Below, piece after piece: positions 1-9,399 of a stretch of 48,852 bases of DNA. Source of the stretch: a virus. The stretch spans positions 1 through 48,852 of the IMG/VR virus record IMGVR_UViG_3300010399_000003; one strand, written 5' to 3'. Under the pieces are notes generated by a model. That model did not search any database, had not been told where the DNA came from, and was given only the letters and a program-made list of their open reading frames with translations. Every line of letters begins with the position of its first letter. Position 1 is the first letter of the stretch. A program made the position numbers and the translations under genes.

Positions 1-1
1 C

Positions 2-157
2 AAGAAGGACAAGTACTGGCCGAAAGAATGGCCGCAGTGGGAAATGCGGGAAGTGGAAATGTGGGCGTGCGAGTTGCAGAAATACTGCACTGCGCTCGAC
101 GGATTCCAGAAGAACGGGAAGTATGGCAAGTTGAAGCGGAGATTTCGCTACGATTAG
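2..157 (+). CDS. C-terminal fragment of a hypothetical protein (5' end outside window)
   Basis: Frame 2 is open from the window edge and reads ...KYWPKEWPQWEMREVEMWACELQKYCTALDGFQKNGKYGKLKRRFRYD. TAG at 155-157 is fused to GGAGC (a TAGGAGC stop+SD junction reused elsewhere), and the next ATG is at 167. Preferred over track ORF 28..234. Confidence 0.45.
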   Translation, partial: KKDKYWPKEWPQWEMREVEMWACELQKYCTALDGFQKNGKYGKLKRRFRYD

Positions 158-166
158 GAGCTCACG

Positions 167-835
167 ATGGCGCGTTACTCCAAGCCAAGAGAATACATCG
201 ATTGGGTCGGTTGGACTGGCCTAAACATTACTAAGATGTTGGCAGCTTGCATCAAATTGCATGAGGCAACAACCGAGTATACGCTTCGCAAACGCGTCGA
301 ACAACTTCTTCCAGAGATCAGTGAAAAACTCACTGGTCAGCGTGCAACATACCAGGAAATTGTTCAACACACGAAAGAAACTCAGGATCGAATAATCACG
401 GACCTAAAACTTGCGCAGCGCGCAGATAAAACATTGCGTGAAGAAGAATTTACGCAATGGTGGGAGCCAGTTGTGCGAGCATATCGTGAGATCGTTCATC
501 CAGGATTTGCAACGACTCCAGTAGTCATGACACCAACATCGACGGTGGAATCAACGCCAATCGTTAAAGCACCGCGTTGCTTTAGCGATGCGGATCTGCG
601 CGCTGCTATTAAGATCTACGGATCAATGTGTCATTATTGCAAAGCACCATTCAGCGAATTAAATCCGCCTGTAGCGGACCATTACATGCCTGTTGCAAAG
701 GGCGGAGCGACAATTCTTGATAATTGTCGACCTGCTTGTGTTCCATGCAACAGTGCCAAAGGCGATCTTGATCCATTTGAATTCGGTATGAAACGTGGAA
801 TAAAAGTATCAGGCGGGCGCAAAGGATTTTCGTAA
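167..835 (+). CDS. HNH endonuclease
   Basis: C-terminal HNH signature CHYCKAP...ADHYMPVAKGGATILDNCRPACVPCNSAKG. AGGAG lies 6 nt upstream of the ATG. Confidence 0.8.
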   Translation: MARYSKPREYIDWVGWTGLNITKMLAACIKLHEATTEYTLRKRVEQLLPEISEKLTGQRATYQEIVQHTKETQDRIITDLKLAQRADKTLREEEFTQWWEPVVRAYREIVHPGFATTPVVMTPTSTVESTPIVKAPRCFSDADLRAAIKIYGSMCHYCKAPFSELNPPVADHYMPVAKGGATILDNCRPACVPCNSAKGDLDPFEFGMKRGIKVSGGRKGFS

Positions 836-1393
836 ATGGCTCAATTGTTCGGCGACGAGGAGTTCGCCACTCCATTCCCTTACAAGACCACCGTCCGCGG
901 CGAGCAGTATGGTCCAGAAGATACCTATCTGCTCGCCGCCAAATGGTTGCGCGATTGTAAGACTGTCGCTGACTGGGGCGGCGGACGAGGATATTTCCAA
1001 AAGTGCCTCACGGCCGAACAAGCCTACCTCCTGATCGACGGGACGAAACAAGTGCCGCAGACGCGCATGGCGGATCTTGCCAAATACCGCGGCAAGAGCG
1101 AAGGTATTTTGCTCCGGCATGTCTTGGAGATGACCTTCGACTGGAAGGACGTGCTTACAAATGCCGTCGCCGCGTTTCAAAAGCGAATGGTAGTCGTGAC
1201 CTACACGCCGAATGTCAAGAAGACCCACCGAGCCAAGTGGCATCTCACATCGCCCGTTTTCCATTTCAATCATGAGGCTGATCTTGTGCCGCTGATGGAA
1301 CCTTATTTGGTGAAGATTGAGCCAATTCAAGCGTGGCCGACTTTGCCAGAACGAGTCTACTATCTGACAAAGGAAGGAGGTGAACGAGGATGA
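836..1393 (+). CDS. hypothetical protein, possible class I SAM-dependent methyltransferase fold
   Basis: ATG directly follows the TAA of the HNH gene. Gly-rich loop VADWGGGRGY, acidic LLIDG and LLRHVLEM resemble MTase motifs I, II and post-I. Motif-level evidence only. Confidence 0.45.
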   Translation: MAQLFGDEEFATPFPYKTTVRGEQYGPEDTYLLAAKWLRDCKTVADWGGGRGYFQKCLTAEQAYLLIDGTKQVPQTRMADLAKYRGKSEGILLRHVLEMTFDWKDVLTNAVAAFQKRMVVVTYTPNVKKTHRAKWHLTSPVFHFNHEADLVPLMEPYLVKIEPIQAWPTLPERVYYLTKEGGERG

Positions 1394-1632
1394 AATTGAT
1401 CGTTGGACAAAGCGTCTACTTCATCGATGAACATCGGATGGAGAGACCCGCGTTGGTCAAGCACGTGTGGCCTAGCCCAGATCGGCATCCGGATGGATGC
1501 AATTTGGTCTTTATCAGTGCTGACGAAACGCGAACCGACGGCGCTGGACGGCAAACTGAAATTCGCACGTCGGTGCCACACATCAGCACGCAGCCAGCTG
1601 GTGGCTATGCGTGGAAGCATGTGAACGAGTAA
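1390..1632 (+). CDS. hypothetical protein
   Basis: ATGA start/stop overlap with the upstream gene, GGAGG upstream, codirectional packing. Confidence 0.55.
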   Translation: MKLIVGQSVYFIDEHRMERPALVKHVWPSPDRHPDGCNLVFISADETRTDGAGRQTEIRTSVPHISTQPAGGYAWKHVNE

Positions 1633-1655
1633 GTGTTGGGCACCAGTCGGAACCG

Positions 1656-1889
1656 ATGAGGAACCTATCACTGGTGCGATTATCGTTGATGGATAAACAC
1701 AGTCCTTTTGCAAATTTTAATGCGACGAAACCGATTTCTCCGTCGCGCACTGTCCACGTCTTGTTCTGCGACGTCTGCCACTACGTCTGGAAAGCACCTG
1801 CTGCAACAACTCAATGCATCAATTGCAAGGGCAACGGCGATACCGTCCGAAGTCTTGTCCAATACGAAACGGAAGTGCGAATCACGTGA
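1656..1889 (+). CDS. hypothetical zinc-ribbon protein
   Basis: First in-frame ATG after the upstream stop (1632). Paired Cys motifs CDVC...CINC. Confidence 0.5.
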   Translation: MRNLSLVRLSLMDKHSPFANFNATKPISPSRTVHVLFCDVCHYVWKAPAATTQCINCKGNGDTVRSLVQYETEVRIT

Positions 1890-1898
1890 GGAGAACCG

Positions 1899-2960
1899 AT
1901 GAGAGTCCTGCAAGTTCGCAACGTTCATGAAGCACTTCCGCATGCACTGAAGTTGCTCGACGAAGAAGGCGAGCCTCGTAATTCACGGAACGGCCCGGTC
2001 TTGATCGGACCGAGTGTGACGACGATCTACGAGCGACCGATTGAGCGCGTGATGTTCTGGCCGACTCGTGACTGTAATCCGTTTTATCATCTCTACGAGG
2101 CTTTGTGGATGTTGGGCGGACGTCGGGATTCCGCACCGTTGACGCGGTATGCCAAGAACGCTGCTGACTATGCCGACGAGGATGGAAATTGGCACGGCGC
2201 GTATGGCTATCGGTGGCGAAAGCAATATGGCTTTGACCAGTTGCAAGTCATTGCAGATCGATTGCGGAAAAATCCGGATGACCGTCGATCCGTACTTACG
2301 ATGTGGAGTCCGGGCTTAGATTTGAACCCGACAGACGCTCATAAAGATTTGCCGTGCAATACGATGGCGACCTTTCAGCGTGGTCTCGACGGCGAATTGA
2401 ACCTGACGGTCTTCTGTCGAAGCAATGATATCATCTGGGGTGCCTATGGCGCCAACGCCGTGCACTTTTCCATGTTGCTCGAATACATGGCACTCTGGAT
2501 TGGATGCGCGGTCGGCACTTACACTCAGATCAGCGTCAATTGGCACGCCTACGTCGACAAGCTCGATCAGGTGAAGACCATCCGTCCTGACTATATGGAT
2601 TTCGTCGACAATCCCTACATCGACGGCCGCGCTTATCCAGCGCAGATGTTCCATTGTGAGATCGAGGAAGCGGATCGTCGGATTGCAGCGTTGCTCTTTT
2701 CGGCGGATACTGGTTTCAAGCACGCACGGCAATTCGGCGACGACGAGCCATTCTTCAACGCTGCTTTTTCCATCCTGATTGCGCATCACTATTGGCGGAC
2801 GTTGCCTCCGCCAGATCGATTCACGGTGGCGTTAGACCGCCTGAAACAGGACAATCAACGCAATGACTGGATTGTCGCGGCGCGTGAATGGGTGGAACGA
2901 CGATACAAGATCTGGCAGGCGAAAGAAGCGGTGCAATCCGGCGATTTGAGCCATCCATGA
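1899..2960 (+). CDS. ThyA-family thymidylate synthase-like pyrimidine C5 (hydroxy)methyltransferase
   Basis: ThyA landmarks are in order: SRNGPV (RTGTG-like), LYEALWMLGG, HGAYGYRWR (YGxQWR), DQL...NPDDRRSVLTMWSP, catalytic LPCNTMATFQ, CRSNDIIWGAYGANA (RSxD...N), NWHAY (HxY). GAGGAG SD. Confidence 0.85.
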   Translation: MRVLQVRNVHEALPHALKLLDEEGEPRNSRNGPVLIGPSVTTIYERPIERVMFWPTRDCNPFYHLYEALWMLGGRRDSAPLTRYAKNAADYADEDGNWHGAYGYRWRKQYGFDQLQVIADRLRKNPDDRRSVLTMWSPGLDLNPTDAHKDLPCNTMATFQRGLDGELNLTVFCRSNDIIWGAYGANAVHFSMLLEYMALWIGCAVGTYTQISVNWHAYVDKLDQVKTIRPDYMDFVDNPYIDGRAYPAQMFHCEIEEADRRIAALLFSADTGFKHARQFGDDEPFFNAAFSILIAHHYWRTLPPPDRFTVALDRLKQDNQRNDWIVAAREWVERRYKIWQAKEAVQSGDLSHP

Positions 2961-3493
2961 AGATCAGTTCGAAGCGCGAGTTCTTCGAGAAGTGGCGTGC
3001 TGGCCTTCTTGGAAATCGCACGCAACTGTGGTGGGACCCGCATGAAGCCTGGCGATCAGGAGTCCGAGAATATGGCTTCCGAGAACACCGAGCTGGCGGC
3101 GGCACATGGGAACGAGTCTATCGTCAGGATTTCTGGAATACGGTCGATCGCTGGAAAGAAGCTGGTCGGGTTTTCACGATGGATGACGTCTGTCCCGATG
3201 AGCATCAAACTATACAGGGCGAACTCTGCCGAACCTTTCGCGGACTTGAAGGATTCATTGGGGCAAGTCAGATTCCGATGCGGAAGGCGATGGCTGCTGG
3301 TATTCTTCGGCCACGGTCCAGCGTTGAAGTTTTGGTGCTACTTGAACGGTATATGGATCCTGCTTCACGTGATGATGTGGATGCTTTTTTGGATCTATTC
3401 CCAGACGCGACGATAGAATTCACGTGCTTCACCGTGGATGTTGGCAACATCCCTGGCCGCAATACCCTGTTTTGGGAGGTCAGAGACTATTGA
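2957..3493 (+). CDS. hypothetical protein
   Basis: ATGA overlap with the ThyA-like stop (internal Met of track ORF 2888..3493). No motif recognised. Confidence 0.6.
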   Translation: MKISSKREFFEKWRAGLLGNRTQLWWDPHEAWRSGVREYGFREHRAGGGTWERVYRQDFWNTVDRWKEAGRVFTMDDVCPDEHQTIQGELCRTFRGLEGFIGASQIPMRKAMAAGILRPRSSVEVLVLLERYMDPASRDDVDAFLDLFPDATIEFTCFTVDVGNIPGRNTLFWEVRDY

Positions 3494-3504
3494 GGATTCG
3501 CACC

Positions 3505-3639
3505 ATGCTCCGAAGATTTTGGGACTGGCTGTGGTCAGAGAAAGCAGATTTTGTATCGCAACAATGGCTGGAAGAAAATCGTAGCAAGTCGCGACCTGAT
3601 AATCCGAAGTCAGTCTCGTCGCGGCGCGAGATTGAATAG
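3505..3639 (+). CDS. small hypothetical protein
   Basis: Internal ATG of track ORF 3424..3639, preceded by GAGGA. 44 aa, Trp-rich N-terminus. Confidence 0.35.
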   Translation: MLRRFWDWLWSEKADFVSQQWLEENRSKSRPDNPKSVSSRREIE

Positions 3640-3651
3640 AAAGGATTTCCA

Positions 3652-4512
3652 TTGTTACATACAGTGCTCAACCTGACGCGGCCGTTAGTGATGCTCGACG
3701 AAGAAACGACTGGCTTGAATACAAACGAAGCCAGGATCGTCGAGATCGGTTTTCAAATCTGGACCGCGGCTGGTTTGGAGAAGGAATGGCGATCCCTGAT
3801 TAACCCGGAAATTTCCATCCCTGAAGAAGCCTCGAGAACCAACCATATCACCGATGCATCGATGAAATTATGTAATCGATGTGCAAAAGATCGTGAATCG
3901 CATCCATTGCCGGATTGCGAGGAATTCAAACCTGTTCCACGATTTCGGGATATTGCGGCAAGTTTGGCGAAAGGATTTACGAATGTCGATTTCGCCGGCA
4001 AGAATGTGCGATATGATCTTCGTGTGCTGTCGTCAGAGATGGTTCGTGTTGGAGTGCCGTGGAATTACGTCGGTGCCCGCATTATTGATGCTGACCGACT
4101 CGAACAACTCGGTGAGCCCCGAACGTTATCACATCTCTACGAAAAACACACTGGCAAGAAAATGGAAAACGCCCATGAGGCACTTGCTGATGTGCGAGGG
4201 ACTACAGAAATTATCGTGGCGCAAATGCGCAAATACTCTGCGCTGCCTAGATCACTCGATATGTTGCATGAATTGCAGTGGCCAGGCTGGATTGACGAGA
4301 ATGGCAAATTCAAATTCGTCAATGGTGTGGCTACGTGCATGTTTGGGAAGTGGCGTGATCGTCCTATGAAAGCCATCGAACCAAGTTACTGGGATTGGAT
4401 CTGTCGCTCTGACTTCCCACCTGACATCAAAGCACTTGCTGAGCAAGCGAAACTCGGCAAATTTCCGGAGGCGCCAAGTGGCGAGAGTAAAGACGTTTCT
4501 GGTACATCCTGA
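3652..4512 (+). CDS. DnaQ/DEDDh-type 3'-5' exonuclease
   Basis: Exo I VMLDEETTG, Exo II GKNVRYDLRVL, Exo III HEALADVRGT. TTG start preceded by AAGGA. Confidence 0.8.
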   Translation: MLHTVLNLTRPLVMLDEETTGLNTNEARIVEIGFQIWTAAGLEKEWRSLINPEISIPEEASRTNHITDASMKLCNRCAKDRESHPLPDCEEFKPVPRFRDIAASLAKGFTNVDFAGKNVRYDLRVLSSEMVRVGVPWNYVGARIIDADRLEQLGEPRTLSHLYEKHTGKKMENAHEALADVRGTTEIIVAQMRKYSALPRSLDMLHELQWPGWIDENGKFKFVNGVATCMFGKWRDRPMKAIEPSYWDWICRSDFPPDIKALAEQAKLGKFPEAPSGESKDVSGTS

Positions 4513-4771
4513 GAAAGGTCCACACGATTTGGAAATCGCACGATTCATCACCGAGTGTGAAGAGAAGTTCTACGTCAACGTCGTGACGCAATACCTGCCG
4601 GTGCCGACACCTCGCGTGCTTGTAATCGTGACCAAACTCGACGAGAAAGATCCGACACAACCACAATCGCAGCTTCAACCACAACAACCATCGACGCGCG
4701 CAGAAAGGACACCACATGACCGGCACAATCAAGCGGCTCATTCAGGACAAGCAGTTCGGGTTCATTCGTGA
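4478..4771 (+). CDS. hypothetical protein (start and extent uncertain)
   Basis: GTG preceded by GGAGG at 4466-4470. The 3' part overlaps the cold-shock gene in another frame and is Gln/Pro-rich. Confidence 0.3.
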   Translation: MARVKTFLVHPEKGPHDLEIARFITECEEKFYVNVVTQYLPVPTPRVLVIVTKLDEKDPTQPQSQLQPQQPSTRAERTPHDRHNQAAHSGQAVRVHS

Positions 4772-4919
4772 CGAGAAGGGGAAAGAATACTTTTTCCATT
4801 CGTCCGGATTGAAGAATGCACAGTTCGCAGCGCTGCAGGAAGGCCAGGAAGTGACCTTCGAAGATACGGATGGCGTCAAAGGACCGAGGGCGGAAGATAT
4901 CTATGTTGGTCGCGCCTGA
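4716..4919 (+). CDS. cold-shock domain protein (CspA family)
   Basis: 67 aa with RNP1-like QFGFIR and RNP2-like EYFFH, plus a typical CSD length and layout. Confidence 0.85.
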   Translation: MTGTIKRLIQDKQFGFIRDEKGKEYFFHSSGLKNAQFAALQEGQEVTFEDTDGVKGPRAEDIYVGRA

Positions 4920-6537
4920 ACCGGATTTCACCAAGTGCCGTCTTGTCCAATTGGCAGACGGCACTTGGTCCGGCGTGAAAGAGCACGTCAAGCTCGGTGT
5001 GCGAGCTTTGCTAGCTAATCCCTATTTCGGACTCTTGGACGAAATGGGAGCTATGAAGTCAGCACAAACAATCATCGCCGCGCAGTTTCTCTTCGAACAG
5101 GGCGTCATTGATCAGGTGTTGGTCGTTGCGCCAAATTCGGTTCGTGATGTATGGTTCGATGAGGAACTCGGTGAATTGCAGAAACATCTCTTCACACCGT
5201 CTATCATCCAACTCTATCATAGTCGTACAAGGGAGTGGTATTTCCAACCGGAAAAGAAACCGCACTTATTCTGGATCATCACGAATTATGAGTTCATTCG
5301 TGCAGAACCGCGGCTCGCTGAATTGTTGCCGCTAGTCGGGCCGAAGACGCTCCTCGTACTTGATGAATCCAGCGCGGTCAAAAGTTACGGCGCGAAGCAA
5401 ACACAAGCCTGTTTCAAACTCCGAAAGCAATGCGGTCGTATCGTTATCCTGAATGGCACACCCATTGCAAACAACCCGATGGATATGTTTAGTCAGGGTA
5501 ATCTCATGCATCCGGATATTCTCGACTGTCGTGGGATTACGCATTTCCGAGCGCGATACGCAATCATGGGCGGTTACGTGGTGCGGACTGCGTGGGGCAG
5601 CCATCCGACACAGATTGTTGGTTATCAACATCTTGATGATCTTCAACGTCGTTTCGCGCCATATGTGTTACGACGCTTGAAACGCGATTGTCTCGATTTG
5701 CCACCAGTCTTGCCGGCTGTAACGCTGACAGCAACGCTCACCCCTGCCGAATGGAAAATTTACAAGGAGATGCGTGATGACCTCGTGGCGTGGCTATCGG
5801 ATGCGACTGTTTCTGTGGCTGCTCAAACGATTACAAAAGTCCTTAGACTCTCGCAAATCACCAGTGGGTTCATCGGCGGTTTGGAACCAGAAATCCTCGA
5901 GGATTTGAATGACGGAAGACCAGATTGGCTTCCGGCTCTTGGGAATCCTAATGGTGGTTATCGTCATCCTTTGGATCCTGCTGACACGACCCGAGAGATA
6001 GGACGGGCCAAGCTCGATGTGTTCTATGAGTGGCTCGACGAACAATTCGAAGCAGATCACAACCTCAAGCTCCTGATCTGGTGCCGCTGGATTCCAGAGC
6101 TTCAACGGTTGCTCAAAGAGCTCGCCGAGCGATATCCAAAAGCGGAACTCGGATGTATTGCTGGGAAGGCGTTGCTTGGCAGTACGAAGAATCAGGAACG
6201 ACAGACTGCGCTCCGATTGCTCGATCCTCGCACTGCGCCTGCTGGCCCGGTGCTAGTTGGCGGGACGTATGGAACTGGTGCGCTGGGACTGAATCTAACT
6301 GCGTGTCATACGATGGTCAAGATGAGTCACGACTATTCATATTGGAAGGCGATTCAGACAGATGCACGCATCGATCGACCTGGTCAGACACAACCTGTAT
6401 CACAATTCGACATCGTTGCAGTTGGTCCTCAAGGGCAAAAGACGATAGATCACGTGATTGTCAAGGCGCTTCGTTCGAAAGAAGAAGTGGCGGATTACAC
6501 GACTTCTGCATGGATTCACGCTCTGACAGAATCGTAA
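4903..6537 (+). CDS. SNF2/RAD54-family helicase
   Basis: Motifs VLVVAPNSV (Ia), LVLDESSAVK (II), ILNGTPIANNPMDMF (III), VLVGGTYGTGALGLNLT (V), QTDARIDRPGQTQPV (VI). ATG 4903 has a better SD than 4870; both overlap the csp stop. Confidence 0.85.
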   Translation: MLVAPEPDFTKCRLVQLADGTWSGVKEHVKLGVRALLANPYFGLLDEMGAMKSAQTIIAAQFLFEQGVIDQVLVVAPNSVRDVWFDEELGELQKHLFTPSIIQLYHSRTREWYFQPEKKPHLFWIITNYEFIRAEPRLAELLPLVGPKTLLVLDESSAVKSYGAKQTQACFKLRKQCGRIVILNGTPIANNPMDMFSQGNLMHPDILDCRGITHFRARYAIMGGYVVRTAWGSHPTQIVGYQHLDDLQRRFAPYVLRRLKRDCLDLPPVLPAVTLTATLTPAEWKIYKEMRDDLVAWLSDATVSVAAQTITKVLRLSQITSGFIGGLEPEILEDLNDGRPDWLPALGNPNGGYRHPLDPADTTREIGRAKLDVFYEWLDEQFEADHNLKLLIWCRWIPELQRLLKELAERYPKAELGCIAGKALLGSTKNQERQTALRLLDPRTAPAGPVLVGGTYGTGALGLNLTACHTMVKMSHDYSYWKAIQTDARIDRPGQTQPVSQFDIVAVGPQGQKTIDHVIVKALRSKEEVADYTTSAWIHALTES

Positions 6538-6633
6538 GATTGCGCTTTACAATCAAGCCCACTTACGGTATAGTCGCGTTCGGTTCAGTCGCCCGGAACA
6601 AGGTCGGGTTTGACGAACCTGAGGTCTGGAAAG

Positions 6634-6897
6634 ATGACCGACAGAAACGACCCTTCCACGCCAAAGACTTCCCCAACCGCATCCACAGTCTCAAATACTT
6701 GCGACGACCTGAGCCCACGCGGCGCTGACGGTCGAAGCCGACAGGCTGCTTCGGATGCGGTTGGGGACCGCGGATTATGCGAAGAATGCGACGGTCGCGG
6801 GAAAATCCTCGACGCACCTGATCGGGTGCTCGATGGTCGTGCGTATTGGACGACGTGTCCAGAATGCCTCGGGACTGGCTATGCCTCCAAAAGTTAA
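6634..6897 (+). CDS. small protein with DnaJ-type CxxCxGxG zinc-finger repeats
   Basis: CEECDGRG and CPECLGTG repeats. ATG 6634 is preceded by GAGG. Confidence 0.55.
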   Translation: MTDRNDPSTPKTSPTASTVSNTCDDLSPRGADGRSRQAASDAVGDRGLCEECDGRGKILDAPDRVLDGRAYWTTCPECLGTGYASKS

Positions 6898-7294
6898 GCC
6901 AATCGTAATCGCTGCTAGCGAAGCGGCACGTAGATCGATTTCTGCTGAACAGCAACGAAAGAAGATCGCACAACGAATGGCCGTATTAGCGAAACGTCAG
7001 CATGAGACTGCTGTTGCAAAAGCCTTAGCGAGTGTTCCGCGGCACCTCAAAGAAATCAACGATCAAATTCAAGCAGCGATCAAGACTGGTGACAATGCAG
7101 TTACTGCGCATTTCAACGTAAGTCCGACGTCTGGTCCGGTGTGTGAAGCGATCACCAAAGAATTGAAGAAACTTGGTTATCAGGTGGCTGCTGAATTTCG
7201 TGAATACGATGAAAACATGGGCGATTTCAATGCGCCCTGTAACGTGCACGTTTCAGAAGTCATTTTGACGATATCGTGGAAAAGAACTCCATGA
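6881..7294 (+). CDS. hypothetical protein
   Basis: Internal ATG of track ORF 6755..7294 that overlaps the upstream stop by 17 nt. Helical Lys/Ala-rich N-terminus. Confidence 0.5.
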   Translation: MPPKVKPIVIAASEAARRSISAEQQRKKIAQRMAVLAKRQHETAVAKALASVPRHLKEINDQIQAAIKTGDNAVTAHFNVSPTSGPVCEAITKELKKLGYQVAAEFREYDENMGDFNAPCNVHVSEVILTISWKRTP

Positions 7295-7554
7295 AGCTCC
7301 TACCATTTGAATCATTCGCGACGGATGACGGGATTGTCTGCCCGATGTGTAATTATTGCCATGCACAGGGTGGCATTTTCAACAGCACGATTACGAAATT
7401 TTGTGTTCTTGTGCACGCACCTGGTCAGACGCTCGATTTGACAACACTCAGCTCAGAACGAGTTCCTCACTTAGATCGAACCTGTCGTCGATGCGGATAT
7501 CAGTGGCAGGAAGAAACGTGTGCACCGATGAGCCATCCGCGTTATGACGTGTAA
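7291..7554 (+). CDS. hypothetical zinc-ribbon protein
   Basis: ATGA overlap. CPMCNYC...CRRCGY. Confidence 0.55.
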   Translation: MKLLPFESFATDDGIVCPMCNYCHAQGGIFNSTITKFCVLVHAPGQTLDLTTLSSERVPHLDRTCRRCGYQWQEETCAPMSHPRYDV

Positions 7555-7981
7555 AAATTGCGGAATGGAAATCAGTGTAGAACGCCAAGCGGCGGTTCCT
7601 GGTGAGCAGTGGTGTAAGGATTGTGTCGAGAAGGCCGGGGACGTCGAGCCAATTCGTGGCGTCATGCTGTGGCATCATAAGACGGCTCCGGAGCTCTACA
7701 TCGGCCCAGGAACCGACGAGATTCTGAACGGGCAACGGCGCGGCCCTCATGCCCAGCTCGGCTTGGGGTCTAAGAACAGCCCCGTCGTGGTTAAGAGCTT
7801 GCAGACCTTCAACCTGTCATCCAGCCTCAACCTGAAAGACCGCCCCGAACCACCGTCGACACTCGAACCTGCCGTTTTCCATCCGTCGCGATGTCACCCT
7901 GAACGACCGCGTGTGACGCCGAAGGGTCACTGTATGGAATGTGCATTACTGTGGTATCAGCAATATCAGAAGCATCGATGA
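7544..7981 (+). CDS. TraR/DksA-type C4 zinc-finger protein
   Basis: N-terminal CKNCGMEISVERQAAVPGEQWCKDC matches the CxxC-x17-CxxC TraR/DksA pattern. Confidence 0.55.
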   Translation: MTCKNCGMEISVERQAAVPGEQWCKDCVEKAGDVEPIRGVMLWHHKTAPELYIGPGTDEILNGQRRGPHAQLGLGSKNSPVVVKSLQTFNLSSSLNLKDRPEPPSTLEPAVFHPSRCHPERPRVTPKGHCMECALLWYQQYQKHR

Positions 7982-8181
7982 GCTATTGCTTTGACGTCAT
8001 GTCTCGTGTTTTTGATCAACACATCGCACCGAAAATTGACCAGGAAATTGCTATGGAATTTTCGATGCTGATTCAGGAAATGCACTCGGCAAATCACCGC
8101 TTGAATGATAGCATCAACAAAGACAATCAGGTGTCGAAACAGGCACGTGATCTAGATGAGTGTGCGAAACGAAAACATTAA
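7978..8181 (+). CDS. hypothetical protein
   Basis: ATGA overlap with the upstream stop (7979-7981). Confidence 0.5.
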   Translation: MSYCFDVMSRVFDQHIAPKIDQEIAMEFSMLIQEMHSANHRLNDSINKDNQVSKQARDLDECAKRKH

Positions 8182-8641
8182 AATTGGAATGACACTTCAC
8201 GAACGAATTCAACTCTTCCTTTTGGCTTTGAATGGTGATGATTTTCCATCAGATGGATTGTGTCATCATCTCGGAACTGGCTTTAGGCAGGGAATGTTTT
8301 ATGTTTCTATCGCTGATAATGGGTCGCGCATGTTGTTGATGATTTATAATCAGCAATTAAAGAAATTTAGTTCGAAAGTCTTTGATCACATTCGTGCAGA
8401 AGTCACGAAAATTGCTCCGATTATAGCGGAATGGAACGGCATGCATGGAGCAAGTGGTATTTCTTTGATCATAGCTAAACCTGTCCCGCGAGCTCTCCTA
8501 GTTGCAATCACCAATTACAATCGACTGACTGATGTCTTCAGCAGGAGTAAAGAACAAGAAGCTCGATTTACAAAATTTGATAACTGGGAACGTCAACAAT
8601 TACAACTCGTCGGCTGGGAGGATATGGATGGGGAAATATAG
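8156..8641 (+). CDS. hypothetical protein
   Basis: Track ORF. The start is ambiguous (8156 or 8189). Confidence 0.5.
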   Translation: MSVRNENIKIGMTLHERIQLFLLALNGDDFPSDGLCHHLGTGFRQGMFYVSIADNGSRMLLMIYNQQLKKFSSKVFDHIRAEVTKIAPIIAEWNGMHGASGISLIIAKPVPRALLVAITNYNRLTDVFSRSKEQEARFTKFDNWERQQLQLVGWEDMDGEI

Positions 8642-9179
8642 TGGAGTAGTCGACAAGCTTCCACGACTGGCGAGTGAAGAGCCGGCATATCAGGAAAAGA
8701 TCAACGCGCTGAAAGAAGTCATCGCGTCGGAACCGGATTTCCAACGGCACGCTTCGGCGCTCGCCAGGATGTATATCGACACGCGAACCGGATTAGCACC
8801 GGAGTCATTGAATCAGGAAGCCCGTGAGTCGTTGATCGTCGCGCTCGGCAAGGAAGGACTCCAAGAGTTGCTGTCTGAGTGTCAGATGCGTCTAACGGCG
8901 ATTGAGCAAATGCTGGTCGAACAGTACGAGGTGGAAGACACGACGAGTCTCCGGTTGGATACTGGCGCGTCCGTGGCTGTGCAACTCGAACCTTACGCGC
9001 AGGTTCGCGATCGGGAGACGTATCGATTGTGGTGCATAAAGGAAGGATTTGCACCAATCATGACCGTGCCGTGGCAGACCACGAATACGGAAACGAAACG
9101 TCGGTTGCTTGCCGGCGAACCGCCACCTCCTGGAGTCGAAGCGTATGCACATCCGAAGATTGTGTTGAGGCGAGGATGA
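8628..9179 (+). CDS. hypothetical protein
   Basis: Internal ATG preceded by GGGAGG (8616-8621), overlapping the upstream stop. Confidence 0.55.
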   Translation: MGKYSGVVDKLPRLASEEPAYQEKINALKEVIASEPDFQRHASALARMYIDTRTGLAPESLNQEARESLIVALGKEGLQELLSECQMRLTAIEQMLVEQYEVEDTTSLRLDTGASVAVQLEPYAQVRDRETYRLWCIKEGFAPIMTVPWQTTNTETKRRLLAGEPPPPGVEAYAHPKIVLRRG

Positions 9180-9397
9180 GTCCGCGAATTCCGGCTATCG
9201 TCACGGTCGGTGTCGGCTCGTGGGTTGCAACCAAGAAAGTCCGGCTATTGGTTGCACCGCACGTCGGCGATTCAATCATCGTCGGTGAACACGTGATCAC
9301 CTGCGAACGTGTTGAGATTGATCGGGATTACGTGCGGATCTACGAAACACGACGTTTTCCATCCGAGCAGGATGCGCTGGATTTCTTCAAGGAGTAA
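9176..9397 (+). CDS. hypothetical protein
   Basis: ATGA overlap with the stop at 9177-9179. Confidence 0.55.
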   Translation: MSPRIPAIVTVGVGSWVATKKVRLLVAPHVGDSIIVGEHVITCERVEIDRDYVRIYETRRFPSEQDALDFFKE

Positions 9398-9399
9398 TC

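Noticed and set aside
28-234. Track ORF at the window start
   Set aside because: Frame 2 gives a more protein-like C-terminal fragment ending at 157, with the canonical TAGGAGC junction. The 28..234 frame would also run through the well-supported start of the HNH gene.
6590-6633. Hammerhead-like fragments (TCGCCCGG...CGGG...CCTGAGGT) upstream of gene 6634, and CTGAGGGGA/GCGGAATCCCGGCC at 10440-10500
   Set aside because: The core is broken (A9 is replaced), with no GAAA or stem II partner. The resemblance to the stem I/core region is partial and may be chance or decay.
6030-6728. 232-aa + strand ORF in an alternative frame of the SNF2 helicase
   Set aside because: It overlaps helicase motifs V and VI in another frame. 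The Arg/Ser/Trp-rich translation has no support.
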